A stretch of 64,000 bases of DNA. Origin: Desulfobacterales bacterium. Lineage in GTDB: Bacteria; Desulfobacterota; Desulfobacteria; Desulfobacterales; UBA5852. The position numbers and the translations under genes are program-made. The DNA lies in assembly GCA_963674755.2 (NCBI GenBank), contig CAXXVS010000003.1, forward strand, positions 2,432,001-2,496,000. The letters are read 5' to 3'. Below, in pieces: positions 31,428 to 41,099 of the stretch. Numbering within the stretch: the first letter of the stretch is position 1; every line of letters begins with the position of its first letter. Below the pieces are notes generated by a model that saw only the letters and a list, made by a program, of their open reading frames with translations, was not told the origin of the DNA and ran no database searches.

Positions 31428-32708
31428 TCAGCGCGCCAGACGGAAATCCACATCAACTTTTTTCTCTCCCCCCAGCGACAGTCGGCTGACCACCGGCGGG
31501 GTGGCGGCGATGACCTTGCCGCTCCGGATCACGAAGAGCCGTGCCGGGCGCAGGCGGATCGCTTCGTGGACATCCCCGGCCTGCAGTACCACCATGTCGG
31601 CGCGGCAGCCCGGTTCCAGGCCGTAGCCGTCCAGCCCCAATACCCGGGCGCCGTTGACGGTCACCGCGTCGAAGATCTGCCGGATTTCCTCCATGCCGGT
31701 CATCTGGGCCACGTGCAGACCCATGTGGGCCACCTCCAGCATGTCGTGGGAGCCGAAGCTGTACCAGGGATCCATGACGCAGTCGTGGCCGAAGGCCACG
31801 TTGACCCCGGCGGCGAGCAGTTCCTTCACGCGCGTCATGCCGCGGCGCTTGGGGTAGCTGTCGTGGCGCCCCTGCAGGGTGATGTTGATCAGGGGGTTGG
31901 CCACGGCGTGGACCTGGGCCTCGGCCATCAGGGGCAGCAGCTTGGAGACGTAGTAGTTGTCCATGGAGTGCATGCTGGTGAGATGCGAGCCGGTCACCCG
32001 GCCGTGCAGGCCCAGCCGCTGGGTGTGGAAGGCCAGGGTCTCGATGTGCCGGGACCAGGGATCGTCGCTTTCGTCGCAGTGCATGTCCACCATCAGCCCC
32101 CGTTCGGCGGCCAGCTCACACAGCCGGCGGATGGATTCGGCCCCCTGGTCCATGGTGCGCTCGAAGTGGGGAATCCCGCCCACCACGTCCACGCCCCTAT
32201 CCAGGGCGCGGGTTAAATTCGCCAGGGCGCCGGGGCTGCGCAGCGCCCCGTCCTGGGGAAAGGCCACCAGCTGCAGATCGATGTAGGTCTTGAACTGCTC
32301 GCGCACCGCCAGGAGCGCCTCCACGGCCAGCAGGCGGGGGTCGCAGACGTCCACGTGGCTGCGGATGGCGAGCGTGCCCCGGGCGATGGCCCAGTGGCAC
32401 AGCTTTTCGGCGCGTTCCCGGATGGCGTCAACCGTGAGGCTGGGTTTGAGCTCGCCCCACAATGCGATCCCTTCCAGAAGAGTGCCGCTCTGGTTGACCC
32501 GCGGCAGGCCGTAGCTCAGGGTAGCGTCCATATGAAAGTGGCTGTCCACAAAAGGCGGGCTGACCAGGTAGCCGGCGGCGTCGACGACCTCTGCCGCCTG
32601 TCCGTCAATAGCAACGTCCACGGCCGCGATGCGCCCGTCCTTCACGGCGATGGTCATTCCCTTGCGCCCGTCGGGCAGGCTGGCGTTTTTCACCATCAGA
32701 TCGAACAT
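31428..32708 (-). CDS. codA: Cytosine deaminase-like amidohydrolase
   Basis: FVDSHFHMD, QLVAFPQDG, GGIPHFE, DMHCDE, GHDCVMDPWY; encoded on the minus strand (CAT at 32706-32708). Confidence 0.85.
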   Translation of the reverse strand: MFDLMVKNASLPDGRKGMTIAVKDGRIAAVDVAIDGQAAEVVDAAGYLVSPPFVDSHFHMDATLSYGLPRVNQSGTLLEGIALWGELKPSLTVDAIRERAEKLCHWAIARGTLAIRSHVDVCDPRLLAVEALLAVREQFKTYIDLQLVAFPQDGALRSPGALANLTRALDRGVDVVGGIPHFERTMDQGAESIRRLCELAAERGLMVDMHCDESDDPWSRHIETLAFHTQRLGLHGRVTGSHLTSMHSMDNYYVSKLLPLMAEAQVHAVANPLINITLQGRHDSYPKRRGMTRVKELLAAGVNVAFGHDCVMDPWYSFGSHDMLEVAHMGLHVAQMTGMEEIRQIFDAVTVNGARVLGLDGYGLEPGCRADMVVLQAGDVHEAIRLRPARLFVIRSGKVIAATPPVVSRLSLGGEKKVDVDFRLAR

Positions 32709-33649
32709 CAGCGTTGCTCCTTTCTAAAGGGGACCAGCAGGGCCGCCGGCGCCTTGGCGTTGCGCGATACCAGGGCCATGCCCACGATGGTCAGCACGAA
32801 GGGCATCATGAGGAACACTTCGTAGGGCAAATTGAAGGCGCTGGCCTGCAGCCGCAGCTGCAAGGCGTCGATGAAGGCGAAGAGCAGGGCGCCGGCCGCG
32901 CTCTTCCAGGGGTTCCACTGGCCGAAGACCACCAGGGCGATGCACACCCAGCCGCGCCCCGAAATCACCCCGAAGGTGTAGGCGTTGTATTGGGCCATGG
33001 AGAGAAAGGCGCCGGCCAGCCCCATGAGGGCGCCGGAAAGCAGCAAGGCCTGGTAGCGCACCTTGATCACGCTCACCCCGGCGGTGAAGGCGGCGTGGGG
33101 ATTTTCGCCCACCGTGCGCAGGTTCAGCCCCCAGGGCGTGGCGCGCAGCACCCAGGCCGCAATCGGTATCAGCATGAAAGCCAGGTAGACCAGGGCGAAG
33201 TGATCGAAGAGGATCGGCCCCAGGACCGGAATGGATGCCAGGCCCGGGAGGGGCAGGGGCTTAAAGGCGGTAATCTTGGGAATCGTTGAGGGCTGGCCGA
33301 AGATCAGGCGGTAGAAGTAAAAGGAGAGCCCAGAGCAGAGCAGGGTCACGCCGATGCCCGATACATGCTGGCTGAGCCCCAGGCTGACGGTGAGCAGGCC
33401 CATGAGCAGGCCGGCCAGCATCCCGGTGGCCATGGCCGCGGCCACGCCCAGCCATAGGCTGCCTGAAAAGTAGGCCGCGGAGAAGCCGGTCATGGCAGAC
33501 AGCATCATGATGCCTTCGATGCCCAGATTGAGAATGCCGGCGCGCTCGGCGAAGAGCTCGCCGATGGTCGCGAAGATCAGCGGCGTGGCGATGCGGATCA
33601 AGGCCGCGAAGAACCCCACCTGAAAAAGCTGCGCGAGAAGGTCATGCAT
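32708..33649 (-). CDS. Nucleoside-type ABC transporter permease
   Basis: ERAGILNLGIEG, GENPHAA, GRGWVCIALV. Confidence 0.9.
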   Translation of the reverse strand: MHDLLAQLFQVGFFAALIRIATPLIFATIGELFAERAGILNLGIEGIMMLSAMTGFSAAYFSGSLWLGVAAAMATGMLAGLLMGLLTVSLGLSQHVSGIGVTLLCSGLSFYFYRLIFGQPSTIPKITAFKPLPLPGLASIPVLGPILFDHFALVYLAFMLIPIAAWVLRATPWGLNLRTVGENPHAAFTAGVSVIKVRYQALLLSGALMGLAGAFLSMAQYNAYTFGVISGRGWVCIALVVFGQWNPWKSAAGALLFAFIDALQLRLQASAFNLPYEVFLMMPFVLTIVGMALVSRNAKAPAALLVPFRKEQR

Positions 33650-34706
33650 GGGAGAAGCGCCTTATGCGGATGCGGTAGCGGGTGAAGAGCAGGGCCACCA
33701 GCATGGCCACCAGGGCCGTGCCCTGGATCACGTCGGCCAGGAAGACCGGAACGCCCGTGGCCCGTGACATGGCCTCGGCCCCGGTGATGATGACGGCGAA
33801 AAACAGGGCCGCCGGGATCACGCCCAGCGGATTGAGGCGGGCCAGCATGGCGATGACGATGCCGGTGTAGCCGTAGCCCGGCGAGAGCCCGGCCATGACC
33901 TGGAAGTGCAGCCCGCCGACCTCCCCCACCCCGGCCAGCCCGGCCAAGGCGCCGGAGACGGCCGCCGTGATGAGGATGACCCGGTCGATACTGAAGCCGG
34001 CGTAGCGCGCCGCCACGGGGTTTTCGCCCACGGCCTGGATGCTGAACCCCATGGTGGTGCGGCGCATGAGTAGCCAGGTGCCGGCCGTGGCGATAAAGGC
34101 CAGCAGCACCCCCAGGTGCAGCCGGGTGGCGTGCAGCAGGATGGGGAATTCGGCCTCCATGCGGATGTCCGGCGAGTCGGGGTAGCCGCTCAGGGGATCT
34201 TTCCAGGGGCCGTCCAGAAGGGCCATCATGCCGTAGAAGATGATGAAGTTGAGCAGCAGCGAGGTGACCACATCGTCCACCTTGAGGCGGGTCTTGAGCA
34301 CGGCCGGGATTATGGCCCACAGGGCGCCGGCGGCGGCCCCGGCCAGGATCATGCCCGGGACCAGGGACCAGGCCGGCAGGGCTTCCAAGGCCCCCACGAA
34401 GGCGGCCGCCATGGCCCCGGCCAAAAGTTGCCCTTCGGCGCCGATGTTCCAGAAGCGTGCCCGGAAGGCCACGGCCACGGCCAGTCCGGTGAAGATCAGG
34501 GGGGTGGCTTTGACAAAGGTTTCCACCAGGTTGAAGCGGCTGGAAAGCGCGCTCAGGAAAAGCTTCTCGTAGGCGGTGAAGACGTTGGCTCCGGCCAGCA
34601 GGATCAGCCCGCTGCACAGTACCAGGGTGGCCGCCACGGCCAGCAGGGGCAGGCCCAGATTGAGCCACCAAGGCGTACGGTCACGGCTTTCCAGGGTCAG
34701 TCGCAT
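33642..34706 (-). CDS. Nucleoside-type ABC transporter permease
   Basis: WNIGAEGQ, GYGYTGIVIAML. Confidence 0.9.
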   Translation of the reverse strand: MRLTLESRDRTPWWLNLGLPLLAVAATLVLCSGLILLAGANVFTAYEKLFLSALSSRFNLVETFVKATPLIFTGLAVAVAFRARFWNIGAEGQLLAGAMAAAFVGALEALPAWSLVPGMILAGAAAGALWAIIPAVLKTRLKVDDVVTSLLLNFIIFYGMMALLDGPWKDPLSGYPDSPDIRMEAEFPILLHATRLHLGVLLAFIATAGTWLLMRRTTMGFSIQAVGENPVAARYAGFSIDRVILITAAVSGALAGLAGVGEVGGLHFQVMAGLSPGYGYTGIVIAMLARLNPLGVIPAALFFAVIITGAEAMSRATGVPVFLADVIQGTALVAMLVALLFTRYRIRIRRFSHA

Positions 34707-36223
34707 CAGGCCGCCTCCCGTACGCCGGCCATCAGCAGACCTACCTGCTCGACGCTGGCGTCATCGACGGGAAGAATATCCATGATCCGCCCCTCGAACA
34801 TCACGGCGATGCGGTCGCTGAGCAGAAAGATTTCCTCCAGGTCTTCGCTGATTACCAGTACCCCGCTGCCCTTTTCCCGCAGGTTGAAAAACTGTTCATG
34901 CACGAAGCCGGCCGCCGATACGTCCAGGCCGCGGGTGGGTTGGGCCGCCAGCAGGACGCGCGGATGCCAGGCCAGCTCCCGGGCCAGAAGGGCCTTTTGC
35001 AGGTTGCCCCCCGAGAGGGTGCCGGCCCGCACGCCGCTGCCGTCCGCCTGGATGCCGAACTGGGCGATGCGCTTCCGGGCAAATTGCCGGATGGCGCCCG
35101 GTTTGAGAAAACCGAAACGGCTGAAGCGTCGTTCCCGCACCCTGGGCAGGACGATGTTGGCGGCCAGCGGCAGGGTGGTGATCAGCCCGGTGCCCATGCG
35201 GTCCTCGGGAATCCGGCCGACCCCCAGGGCCTGCATGGCCCGCGGGGAGGGGGCTGCCACGCGCACGCCGTCCACCATCATCCGGCCGGCGGAAGGCTGC
35301 CGCACGCCGGCCACGACCTCGGCCAGTTCGCGCTGGCCGTTGCCCGAAACGCCGGCCACGCCGAGGATCTCGCCGGCATGCACCGTGAGGGAAATCCCCT
35401 TCAAGCCCTGGCGGGTGCCGTTGGCAGTCTTAATACCCTCCAGGGACAGCAGGGCCGCACCCGGGGCGACGGGCTGCTTCGTGGGCGGGGTGACCGTGCG
35501 GCCGCACATCAGTTCGGCCAGCTGGCGGCGGCTGGTATGCTCGTCGTTGGCCACCGCGGCCACCACCTTGCCCTGGCGCAGGATCACGACCCGGGTGGTG
35601 ATGGCGCGCACCTCGTTGAGCTTGTGGCTGATGAAGATCACCCCCATGCCGTTTTGGGCCATGGCCGCCAGGGCCTGGAACAGCCCTTGGGCCTCCTGGG
35701 GGGTCAGGGCCGCCGTGGGTTCATCCAGGATCAGGATGCGCGCCCCGCGCACCAGGGCCTTGATGATCTCCAGGCGCTGCTGCTCGCCCACGGTGAGCTC
35801 CCCGGCCGCTGCCTGCGGGTCGAGGCTGAGTCCATACAAGGCACGGATCTCTTCCATGCGCTCCAGGACCCGGCCGCGGTCGAGGCGTCCCCGCTTGCCG
35901 CGCTGGCCCACCATGAGGTTCTCCAGTACGGAGTGCACGGGCACCAGGTGATAGTGCTGATGCACCATGCCCACCCCCAGGGCCAGAGCGTCGGCCGAAC
36001 TGCGGATGGCCGCCGGTTTCCCGTCGATACGGATGGTCCCGCCATCGGCGTCGTAGCCCCCGAAGAGGATGTTCATCAGGGTGGTCTTGCCGGCGCCGTT
36101 TTCCCCCAGCAGGCCGACGATCTCGCCGGCTGCCAGGGTCAGGTCGATGCCGTCGTTGGCCGTGACCCGCCCGAAGCGTTTGGTGATGCCGCGCATTTCC
36201 AGCAGCGGCGGTTGGCTGGTCAT
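34706..36223 (-). CDS. ABC transporter ATP-binding protein (two NBDs, CUT2 type)
   Basis: GENGAGKT, LDEPT, LSGGNLQK, QPTRGLD. Confidence 0.93.
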   Translation of the reverse strand: MTSQPPLLEMRGITKRFGRVTANDGIDLTLAAGEIVGLLGENGAGKTTLMNILFGGYDADGGTIRIDGKPAAIRSSADALALGVGMVHQHYHLVPVHSVLENLMVGQRGKRGRLDRGRVLERMEEIRALYGLSLDPQAAAGELTVGEQQRLEIIKALVRGARILILDEPTAALTPQEAQGLFQALAAMAQNGMGVIFISHKLNEVRAITTRVVILRQGKVVAAVANDEHTSRRQLAELMCGRTVTPPTKQPVAPGAALLSLEGIKTANGTRQGLKGISLTVHAGEILGVAGVSGNGQRELAEVVAGVRQPSAGRMMVDGVRVAAPSPRAMQALGVGRIPEDRMGTGLITTLPLAANIVLPRVRERRFSRFGFLKPGAIRQFARKRIAQFGIQADGSGVRAGTLSGGNLQKALLARELAWHPRVLLAAQPTRGLDVSAAGFVHEQFFNLREKGSGVLVISEDLEEIFLLSDRIAVMFEGRIMDILPVDDASVEQVGLLMAGVREAA

Positions 36224-36236
36224 AAGTTTCCCTGCT

Positions 36237-36382
36237 TAGAACCCTTCTCAAAAAAGTATTTTCGCCCGATATCGGCGTTGAAGCTTCGTTTCAAATCCTC
36301 GACATACTGGAGTATGCCTGCGGATTGATCCTCAGCTTCGCCTTGATCTCGAACGAAAACCCTAATTTTGAGATGGGTTCTA
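36237..36382. mobile_element. MITE-like element
   Basis: TIR TAGAACCCTTCTCAAAA / TTTTGAGATGGGTTCTA, palindromic core shared in reverse with the 36917-37416 copies. Confidence 0.65.
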
Positions 36383-36465
36383 TTTGTCATTGTTAATCTA
36401 AATCCTTCACCTCTGGTGGAGGACCCGGAGGGGTTCCAGCGATCCATTGTTATCTGTTTGGAAAA

Positions 36466-36797
36466 CGTTCATTTTCTTGTTCGCGCAAGAAAACGAACCA
36501 AAAGAACGCGCCCGTGTCCCGCGGCCCCTTCGGGGATACCCTGCGCGTCGTCCAACCAGTCGATGAAGCGGCGCCTCGTGCCGCCATGCGGCGTTGTCAA
36601 GCTTGCTCGGGTGCTCACAATCTGGCGATTGCTGCGCGCCTCGCTTCGCCTGATGCCTTGCCTAACAGCACGATGCTTGCTGCATTGACCGATTGCAGCG
36701 GTCGGACGCGCCGAAACTCGTCCCGCTTTCAGCGGAACTCAGACAGTCGCCGCGTCTTTTTCGCCCACCGACGGGATGCTCGGCGCGGGACAAAGGG
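36466..36797. repeat. Structured non-coding repeat-like element with apparent nested insertion
   Basis: GTTCATTTTCTTG...CAAGAAAACGAAC hairpin, TGTCCCGCG...CGCGGGACA long-range pairing, several internal hairpins. Confidence 0.4.
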
Positions 36798-36916
36798 AAA
36801 TTCAAACCCTAAAATCCAAAAACCGTTTTATAGCCCCCTACAAGGGGGCTTCCCGAGGTCTCCCGTTAGGCGGGAGGATCAGCACTGCCCATTCAGAAAG
36901 GATTGAGACTTACCAG

Positions 36917-37083
36917 AAGCTGATCGCAAAAACAGGATTTTTCCCCAAGTTCAAGGCGGGAACGTCTTTCAACCCGTAGGCGCCCCGAAGGAAGTGCCCT
37001 TGGGGTACATACTCCAGTATGTCGAGGATTTGAAAGACGTTTCCAACGCCGAAATTGGGGAAAAAGACGTTTTCAAGCAAAGC
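36917..37083. mobile_element. MITE-like element, copy with a small central hairpin insertion
   Basis: Closely similar to 37277-37416 plus extra GCCCCGAAGGAAGTGCCCTTGGGG in the centre. Confidence 0.6.
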
Positions 37084-37276
37084 GTGTCCATTCAGAAATA
37101 GTAGATTTCGGTTCCCGGCAAGGCCCGAGCGAGGCTGACACCGCAGGCATAGTCACGCCATGGCGTGATCGAGGATGGCAGCCGAGCGAGAACGCCGACT
37201 TGTCCGCCAAAGGTGGATTTCCCCACCGGCGGCGGGCCGGGGGCCGAAAGATGCCGTTTCCGGTACATTTCCAAGA

Positions 37277-37416
37277 AGCTGATCTTAAAAACAAGATTTG
37301 GTTCCAAGTTCAAGGCGGGAGCGTCCTTTAACCCGCAGGCATACTTGAAGTATGTCGAGGAGTTAAAGGACGTTTCCAACGCCGAAATCGGGATCAAAGA
37401 CGTTTTTAAGACAGCT
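37277..37416. mobile_element. MITE-like element abutting the BMP gene stop codon
   Basis: TIR AAGCTGATCTTAAAAAC / GTTTTTAAGACAGCTT. Confidence 0.65.
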
Positions 37417-37417
37417 T

Positions 37418-38425
37418 CTATTCGGATTTGGGGATCGATTCGTCAATATCCACCCGGAAAGTCCCGTCCAGGATTTCCTGTTTGCGCTTTTCCACCATCT
37501 CCTTGACCTCGCCCGGCAGCTTGGTCTCGAACTTGTGGTAGGGCGCCAGGTAGGACCCGCCCTTGGACATGTAGGAGAAGCCGCCGAAATCCTGGGCCGT
37601 GTAGACCCCGGCATTGACCAGGCTGACGGCCTGCTTGATCGTGGGCCACATGTCCCACACCGGGCCGGTGATGACCGTATCGGGTCCCAGGCTGGACTGG
37701 TCGGACATGTTGGAGATGGCCAGGACCCCCTTTTCGACCGCCGCCTCGACCACGCCGAAGCGCTCGGCGTAGATCACGTCCACTCCGGCCTCGATCTGGG
37801 CCAGGGCGGCTTCCTTGGCCTTGGGGGGATCGAAGAAGGAGCCGATGAAGGAGAACTTGCACTTCACGTCCTTGTTGACCTCCTTGGCCCCGGCATAGAA
37901 GGCGTTGGCCAGGCGGTTGACTTCGGGAATGGGCATGGCGGCCACCACGCCGATGATGTTGGTCTTGGTCATCTTGCCGGCGATCATGCCCGACAGGTAG
38001 GCCGGTTCGTGAATCCAGTTGTCGAACACGCCGAAGTTGGGCTCGGCCGGTCCGATGCCCGAGCCGAAGACGAAGGCCACGTTGGGATAGTCGCGGGCCA
38101 CCCGGCGGGCGATGCGCTCGGCGCCGAAGGCGTCGCCGGTGATCAGCTGGTAGCCCTTTTCGGCGTACTCACGCATGACGCGGGCGAAATCGGCGGACTT
38201 GACGCTCTCCGAATAGTCGTAGACGATCCCCAGCTCGTCCTTGGCCTTGAGCAGGGCCACGTGGATCTGGTTGACCCAGGGCTCCTCGATGGGGGTCTCG
38301 AAGACCGCCGCCACCTTCAGCGGCTCGGCCGCCACGGCCGCGGGCATAACACCGACCACCATGGCCACCGCCAGAAACAGCACCGACATACCGAACCCCA
38401 TTACCACCCCGTTGCATCGCTTCAT
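37418..38425 (-). CDS. BMP-family ABC transporter substrate-binding protein
   Basis: Signal peptide; HEPAYLSGMIAGKMTK, FIGSFFDPPKAKEAALAQI. Confidence 0.9.
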   Translation of the reverse strand: MKRCNGVVMGFGMSVLFLAVAMVVGVMPAAVAAEPLKVAAVFETPIEEPWVNQIHVALLKAKDELGIVYDYSESVKSADFARVMREYAEKGYQLITGDAFGAERIARRVARDYPNVAFVFGSGIGPAEPNFGVFDNWIHEPAYLSGMIAGKMTKTNIIGVVAAMPIPEVNRLANAFYAGAKEVNKDVKCKFSFIGSFFDPPKAKEAALAQIEAGVDVIYAERFGVVEAAVEKGVLAISNMSDQSSLGPDTVITGPVWDMWPTIKQAVSLVNAGVYTAQDFGGFSYMSKGGSYLAPYHKFETKLPGEVKEMVEKRKQEILDGTFRVDIDESIPKSE

Positions 38426-38511
38426 TCCATTTCCTTTCCTGTGTTCTGTTTATAGAAGGACACTGATCCAGCGGTCGCGTCGCGCGGACCGACGAAAACC
38501 TTTGAGCCTAC

Positions 38512-38527
38512 TGCAATCGTGGTGCCA
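38512..38527 (-). promoter_or_regulatory. Sigma54 (-24/-12) promoter of the ABC/deaminase operon
   Basis: Minus strand TGGCAC-CACGA-TTGCA about 90 bp upstream of the BMP gene. Confidence 0.75.
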
Positions 38528-38954
38528 TCATCTCGCAGAGGCTGCGAACAATTGTAAAGTGCCGGCTATCAAGGCGATTTTGAAAAATCCCGGGCGGCGA
38601 CGGTCATGAAAGCCCACAAATGCCGGGACGGATCTTTCGGTTTTGTCGGTCTATACAACAATTTTGTCCAAAATAGGAGCGAAAGAAGGGTGGTGCAGAT
38701 GGCGATGATTGCAGGGACCGGGGCTTCCTATGGCAAATAAACGTTGCCGGCCTGGTGCCGCAGAATCGGTGACGGCTGAAAACAAGGCCTGATGATTATG
38801 CTGGATCCATCAGGCGAACGTCGGCGTGACATTTTACAACCAGGCCGATTTATGGTAGCCAAACTGTATACATCCCTTGCAGTTCAGCCGGCCTGTTATC
38901 CCGCTTATTCGGGTGCGCTTCCTGCGCACTTCTTCGAACCATACACGATGCAGC

Positions 38955-39022
38955 TTATAGAACATTATTGTGTTCTATAAATCCGATACAAAATCGTAAT
39001 GTTCTATAATACTATGTTATCT
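38955..39022 (+). other. attI-like site, copy 1
   Basis: TTATAGAACA-N6-TGTTCTATAA palindrome then GTTCTATAATACTAT-GTTATCT; the GTT core is complementary to the AGATAAC closing the first cassette. Confidence 0.65.
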
Positions 39023-39032
39023 GTAAATTATT

Positions 39033-39335
39033 ATGAGTGAACTCCAAGATATTTTAAATGTGGTATCCCAAGTTTGTTTGGTTGTTTTTTCAATTACCAC
39101 CGTAATAATGCTTTTTTACCTCAAAAAGCATGGGTATTCGCCTGAAGGGGTACATGTAAAACATAAATTTGATTTTAATTTAGATTTGCGGATTTTTGGT
39201 GATTTACGGAAGGGGTATCAAATCTTAAAAGATAATTCGATAATTCCAAGGATTAATTGCATAAGCATGTATCTTGGTATTTTTTGTGTGGTAACATATT
39301 TCATTATCACTGTGTGCAGTGAAGCAATGAGATAA
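39033..39335 (+). CDS. Cassette 1: small 2-TM hypothetical protein
   Basis: AT-rich ORF between GTTATCT and AGATAAC. Confidence 0.7.
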   Translation: MSELQDILNVVSQVCLVVFSITTVIMLFYLKKHGYSPEGVHVKHKFDFNLDLRIFGDLRKGYQILKDNSIIPRINCISMYLGIFCVVTYFIITVCSEAMR

Positions 39336-39346
39336 TTAAACCGTTC

Positions 39347-39414
39347 AGATAACCTGCGGCTGTATTGGATGCGGACCACTTCGCGGCCCACACCAATAAG
39401 CCTAATCGTTAGGC
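39347..39414 (+). other. attC site
   Basis: AGATAAC...imperfect palindrome...GTTAGGC, 68 bp. Confidence 0.85.
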
Positions 39415-39426
39415 ATCAGGATAAAT

Positions 39427-40143
39427 ATGTTTGAAGAAGTAGCTCGTCCTGTCCTCTATGAGTCTGAAGATGATAAGTTTACTTACTGGGGCAAAGGGTC
39501 ATCAGTACTCATTGGCACATCTAAACATTTTTATTGGGTAACGGCAGAGCATGTTATTAGAAATTTAGGCGGTGATACAGACTCTCTTAGAATATTTCCG
39601 TCTAATAAATCGAAAATCTCAATTCCATTTAACGAGAAATATCAAATTGTACTAGATCAAAGTGAGGACGAAGAATTTAAGGACATTTTTGCACTACGAA
39701 TAGACTTGGAGCTGTTCAAAGAAAAAGGAGATGCACCTCTATATGTTCAAGATATTGAGAACGGTGCATTTATTGCTGAAAATTTAAATTTAGGGGCATG
39801 TCTTTTAGTGATTGGTTTTCCATCTGAAATTCAATCGATAAACTATGATGAACTCAAAATCAAACACAAAAGGAGTTGGTTACCAGCAAGGTATATAGGG
39901 CAAAGTATAAGCGATCATTGTCATCAACTTCGTTTTTCTGATTCTGTTGAAATCGCAGATTATGATGGATTAAGTGGATCGCCTGTATTCTATAAAAAGG
40001 AGGCGCCTTATGTAAACGGCCAAAAAGCTATCATTCCCTTATTTGCAGGCCTATTGCTAAGAGGTAATGCTACAAACAAAATAGCACATTTTGTGAGCTC
40101 AAATGTTATAAAAAACCTCATACATAAGGCGGAAATTGCCTAA
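39427..40143 (+). CDS. Cassette 2: trypsin-like serine protease domain protein
   Basis: VTAEHV (His), D, GLSGSPV (Ser) triad motifs; no signal peptide. Confidence 0.7.
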   Translation: MFEEVARPVLYESEDDKFTYWGKGSSVLIGTSKHFYWVTAEHVIRNLGGDTDSLRIFPSNKSKISIPFNEKYQIVLDQSEDEEFKDIFALRIDLELFKEKGDAPLYVQDIENGAFIAENLNLGACLLVIGFPSEIQSINYDELKIKHKRSWLPARYIGQSISDHCHQLRFSDSVEIADYDGLSGSPVFYKKEAPYVNGQKAIIPLFAGLLLRGNATNKIAHFVSSNVIKNLIHKAEIA

Positions 40144-40204
40144 CATTTTGCTGTACCAGATTCGGGCCAAAAAGCGGCCCTCTCTGGTGAGTAATGCGTT
40201 ATGT
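40138..40204 (+). other. attC site
   Basis: GCCTAAC (complement of upstream GTTAGGC)...GTTATGT, 67 bp. Confidence 0.85.
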
Positions 40205-40246
40205 TTTTGGGAATCATCATTAAAATTTTATCGAATAGCTAAAGGA

Positions 40247-40993
40247 ATGAAGATGAAAATAAAGGCCGCAATACTCATAATTGGATCACTCCTGTGGGAT
40301 TCTGATCAAGGAAATGACAAAGGTGCGCGGAAAAAATGGAGAAGTGCCAGGCTGAAAATGGAAGATAGGGTACATGTTAAGGCGCCAATCCGCTACGGTA
40401 GGTTTTCAGGAAGCCAGTCTAATCGACATTTCACCATGGTTTTCTCAACAGAATGTGAAGAACAAAATATATTTGGAACAGCATTTGTTGTTCCTTTCAA
40501 ACGGGAAACGATAAGGTCATTCAAGGGGATCGAAAACCAAGCAAGATTTCTTTCAAAAGCTGAAGGAAAATCGGACGAAAAGCTTTGTAAAGGAAATAAT
40601 GATAGCTGGTGCACAATTGGTGCAATTCTGAATCCAAAATTTGATAAAAAGTTGAAATTAAAATTTTTGACCTTCTGGAATGATTTGCTCAAAAAAGACG
40701 GATGGTTAAAAGATATTGATAAATACAAAATCGGTACTGAAAAATCAGTCTTGTCAGAATTCGGCGAAATCAAAATTGATTGGCCTAAAGCGATTGCTGA
40801 GAATGATCAAAAAATAATCGACAATATTGATATTGTTCTTGCAACATGCACCAAGCCAAACATCGATACTTATCCGAGTATAGAAGATCTCCGAAAAGAT
40901 ATAAATGCTGACAGCAGAAAATATTTTTTCAAAAATATTGAAAATGGAATAACTACTTTTCAAGACAGAGAAATATTGCATGCAGAAACATAA
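40247..40993 (+). CDS. Cassette 3: hypothetical protein (IIGSLLWD N-terminal motif, possibly GGCT-like fold)
   Basis: AAAGGA RBS before ATG 40247; stop codon lies within the attC R'' box. Confidence 0.65.
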   Translation: MKMKIKAAILIIGSLLWDSDQGNDKGARKKWRSARLKMEDRVHVKAPIRYGRFSGSQSNRHFTMVFSTECEEQNIFGTAFVVPFKRETIRSFKGIENQARFLSKAEGKSDEKLCKGNNDSWCTIGAILNPKFDKKLKLKFLTFWNDLLKKDGWLKDIDKYKIGTEKSVLSEFGEIKIDWPKAIAENDQKIIDNIDIVLATCTKPNIDTYPSIEDLRKDINADSRKYFFKNIENGITTFQDREILHAET

Positions 40994-41061
40994 CAAGGCA
41001 AATTAACTCGGATGCAAATTCCGCTGCGCTACATTTGCACCGGTTATTTGCGACGTTATAT
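40988..41061 (+). other. attC site
   Basis: ACATAAC...GCAAATTAACTCGGATGCAAAT/ATTTGCACCGGTTATTTGC...GTTATAT, 74 bp. Confidence 0.88.
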
Positions 41062-41099
41062 GCCATGAAAATGTCCCTTAATTTGATTCACTATTATGT

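Noticed and set aside
31428..32708. Plus-strand label for the deaminase in the ORF track
   Set aside because: The protein reads from the reverse complement (CAT at 32706-32708, TCA at 31428-31430), so it is annotated on the minus strand.
36220..37506. Short ORFs in the ABC operon gap and at 38792 and 58667
   Set aside because: They overlap palindromic repeats or the duplicated attI module and show no protein motifs.
38430..38955. Intact integron integrase upstream of the first cassette
   Set aside because: Only about 500 bp of non-coding sequence; no ORF with tyrosine recombinase R-H-R-Y motifs anywhere in the window.
38955..38980. TTATAGAAC...GTTCTATAA as a Gram-positive-type LexA box
   Set aside because: GAAC-GTTC spacing is 7-9 bp and variable rather than 4 bp; better treated as part of the attI-like module.
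40136..40246. N-terminal extensions of cassette ORFs given by the ORF track (40136, 42573, 46296, 52771)
   Set aside because: They run through attC or hairpin sequence; downstream ATGs are more plausible starts.
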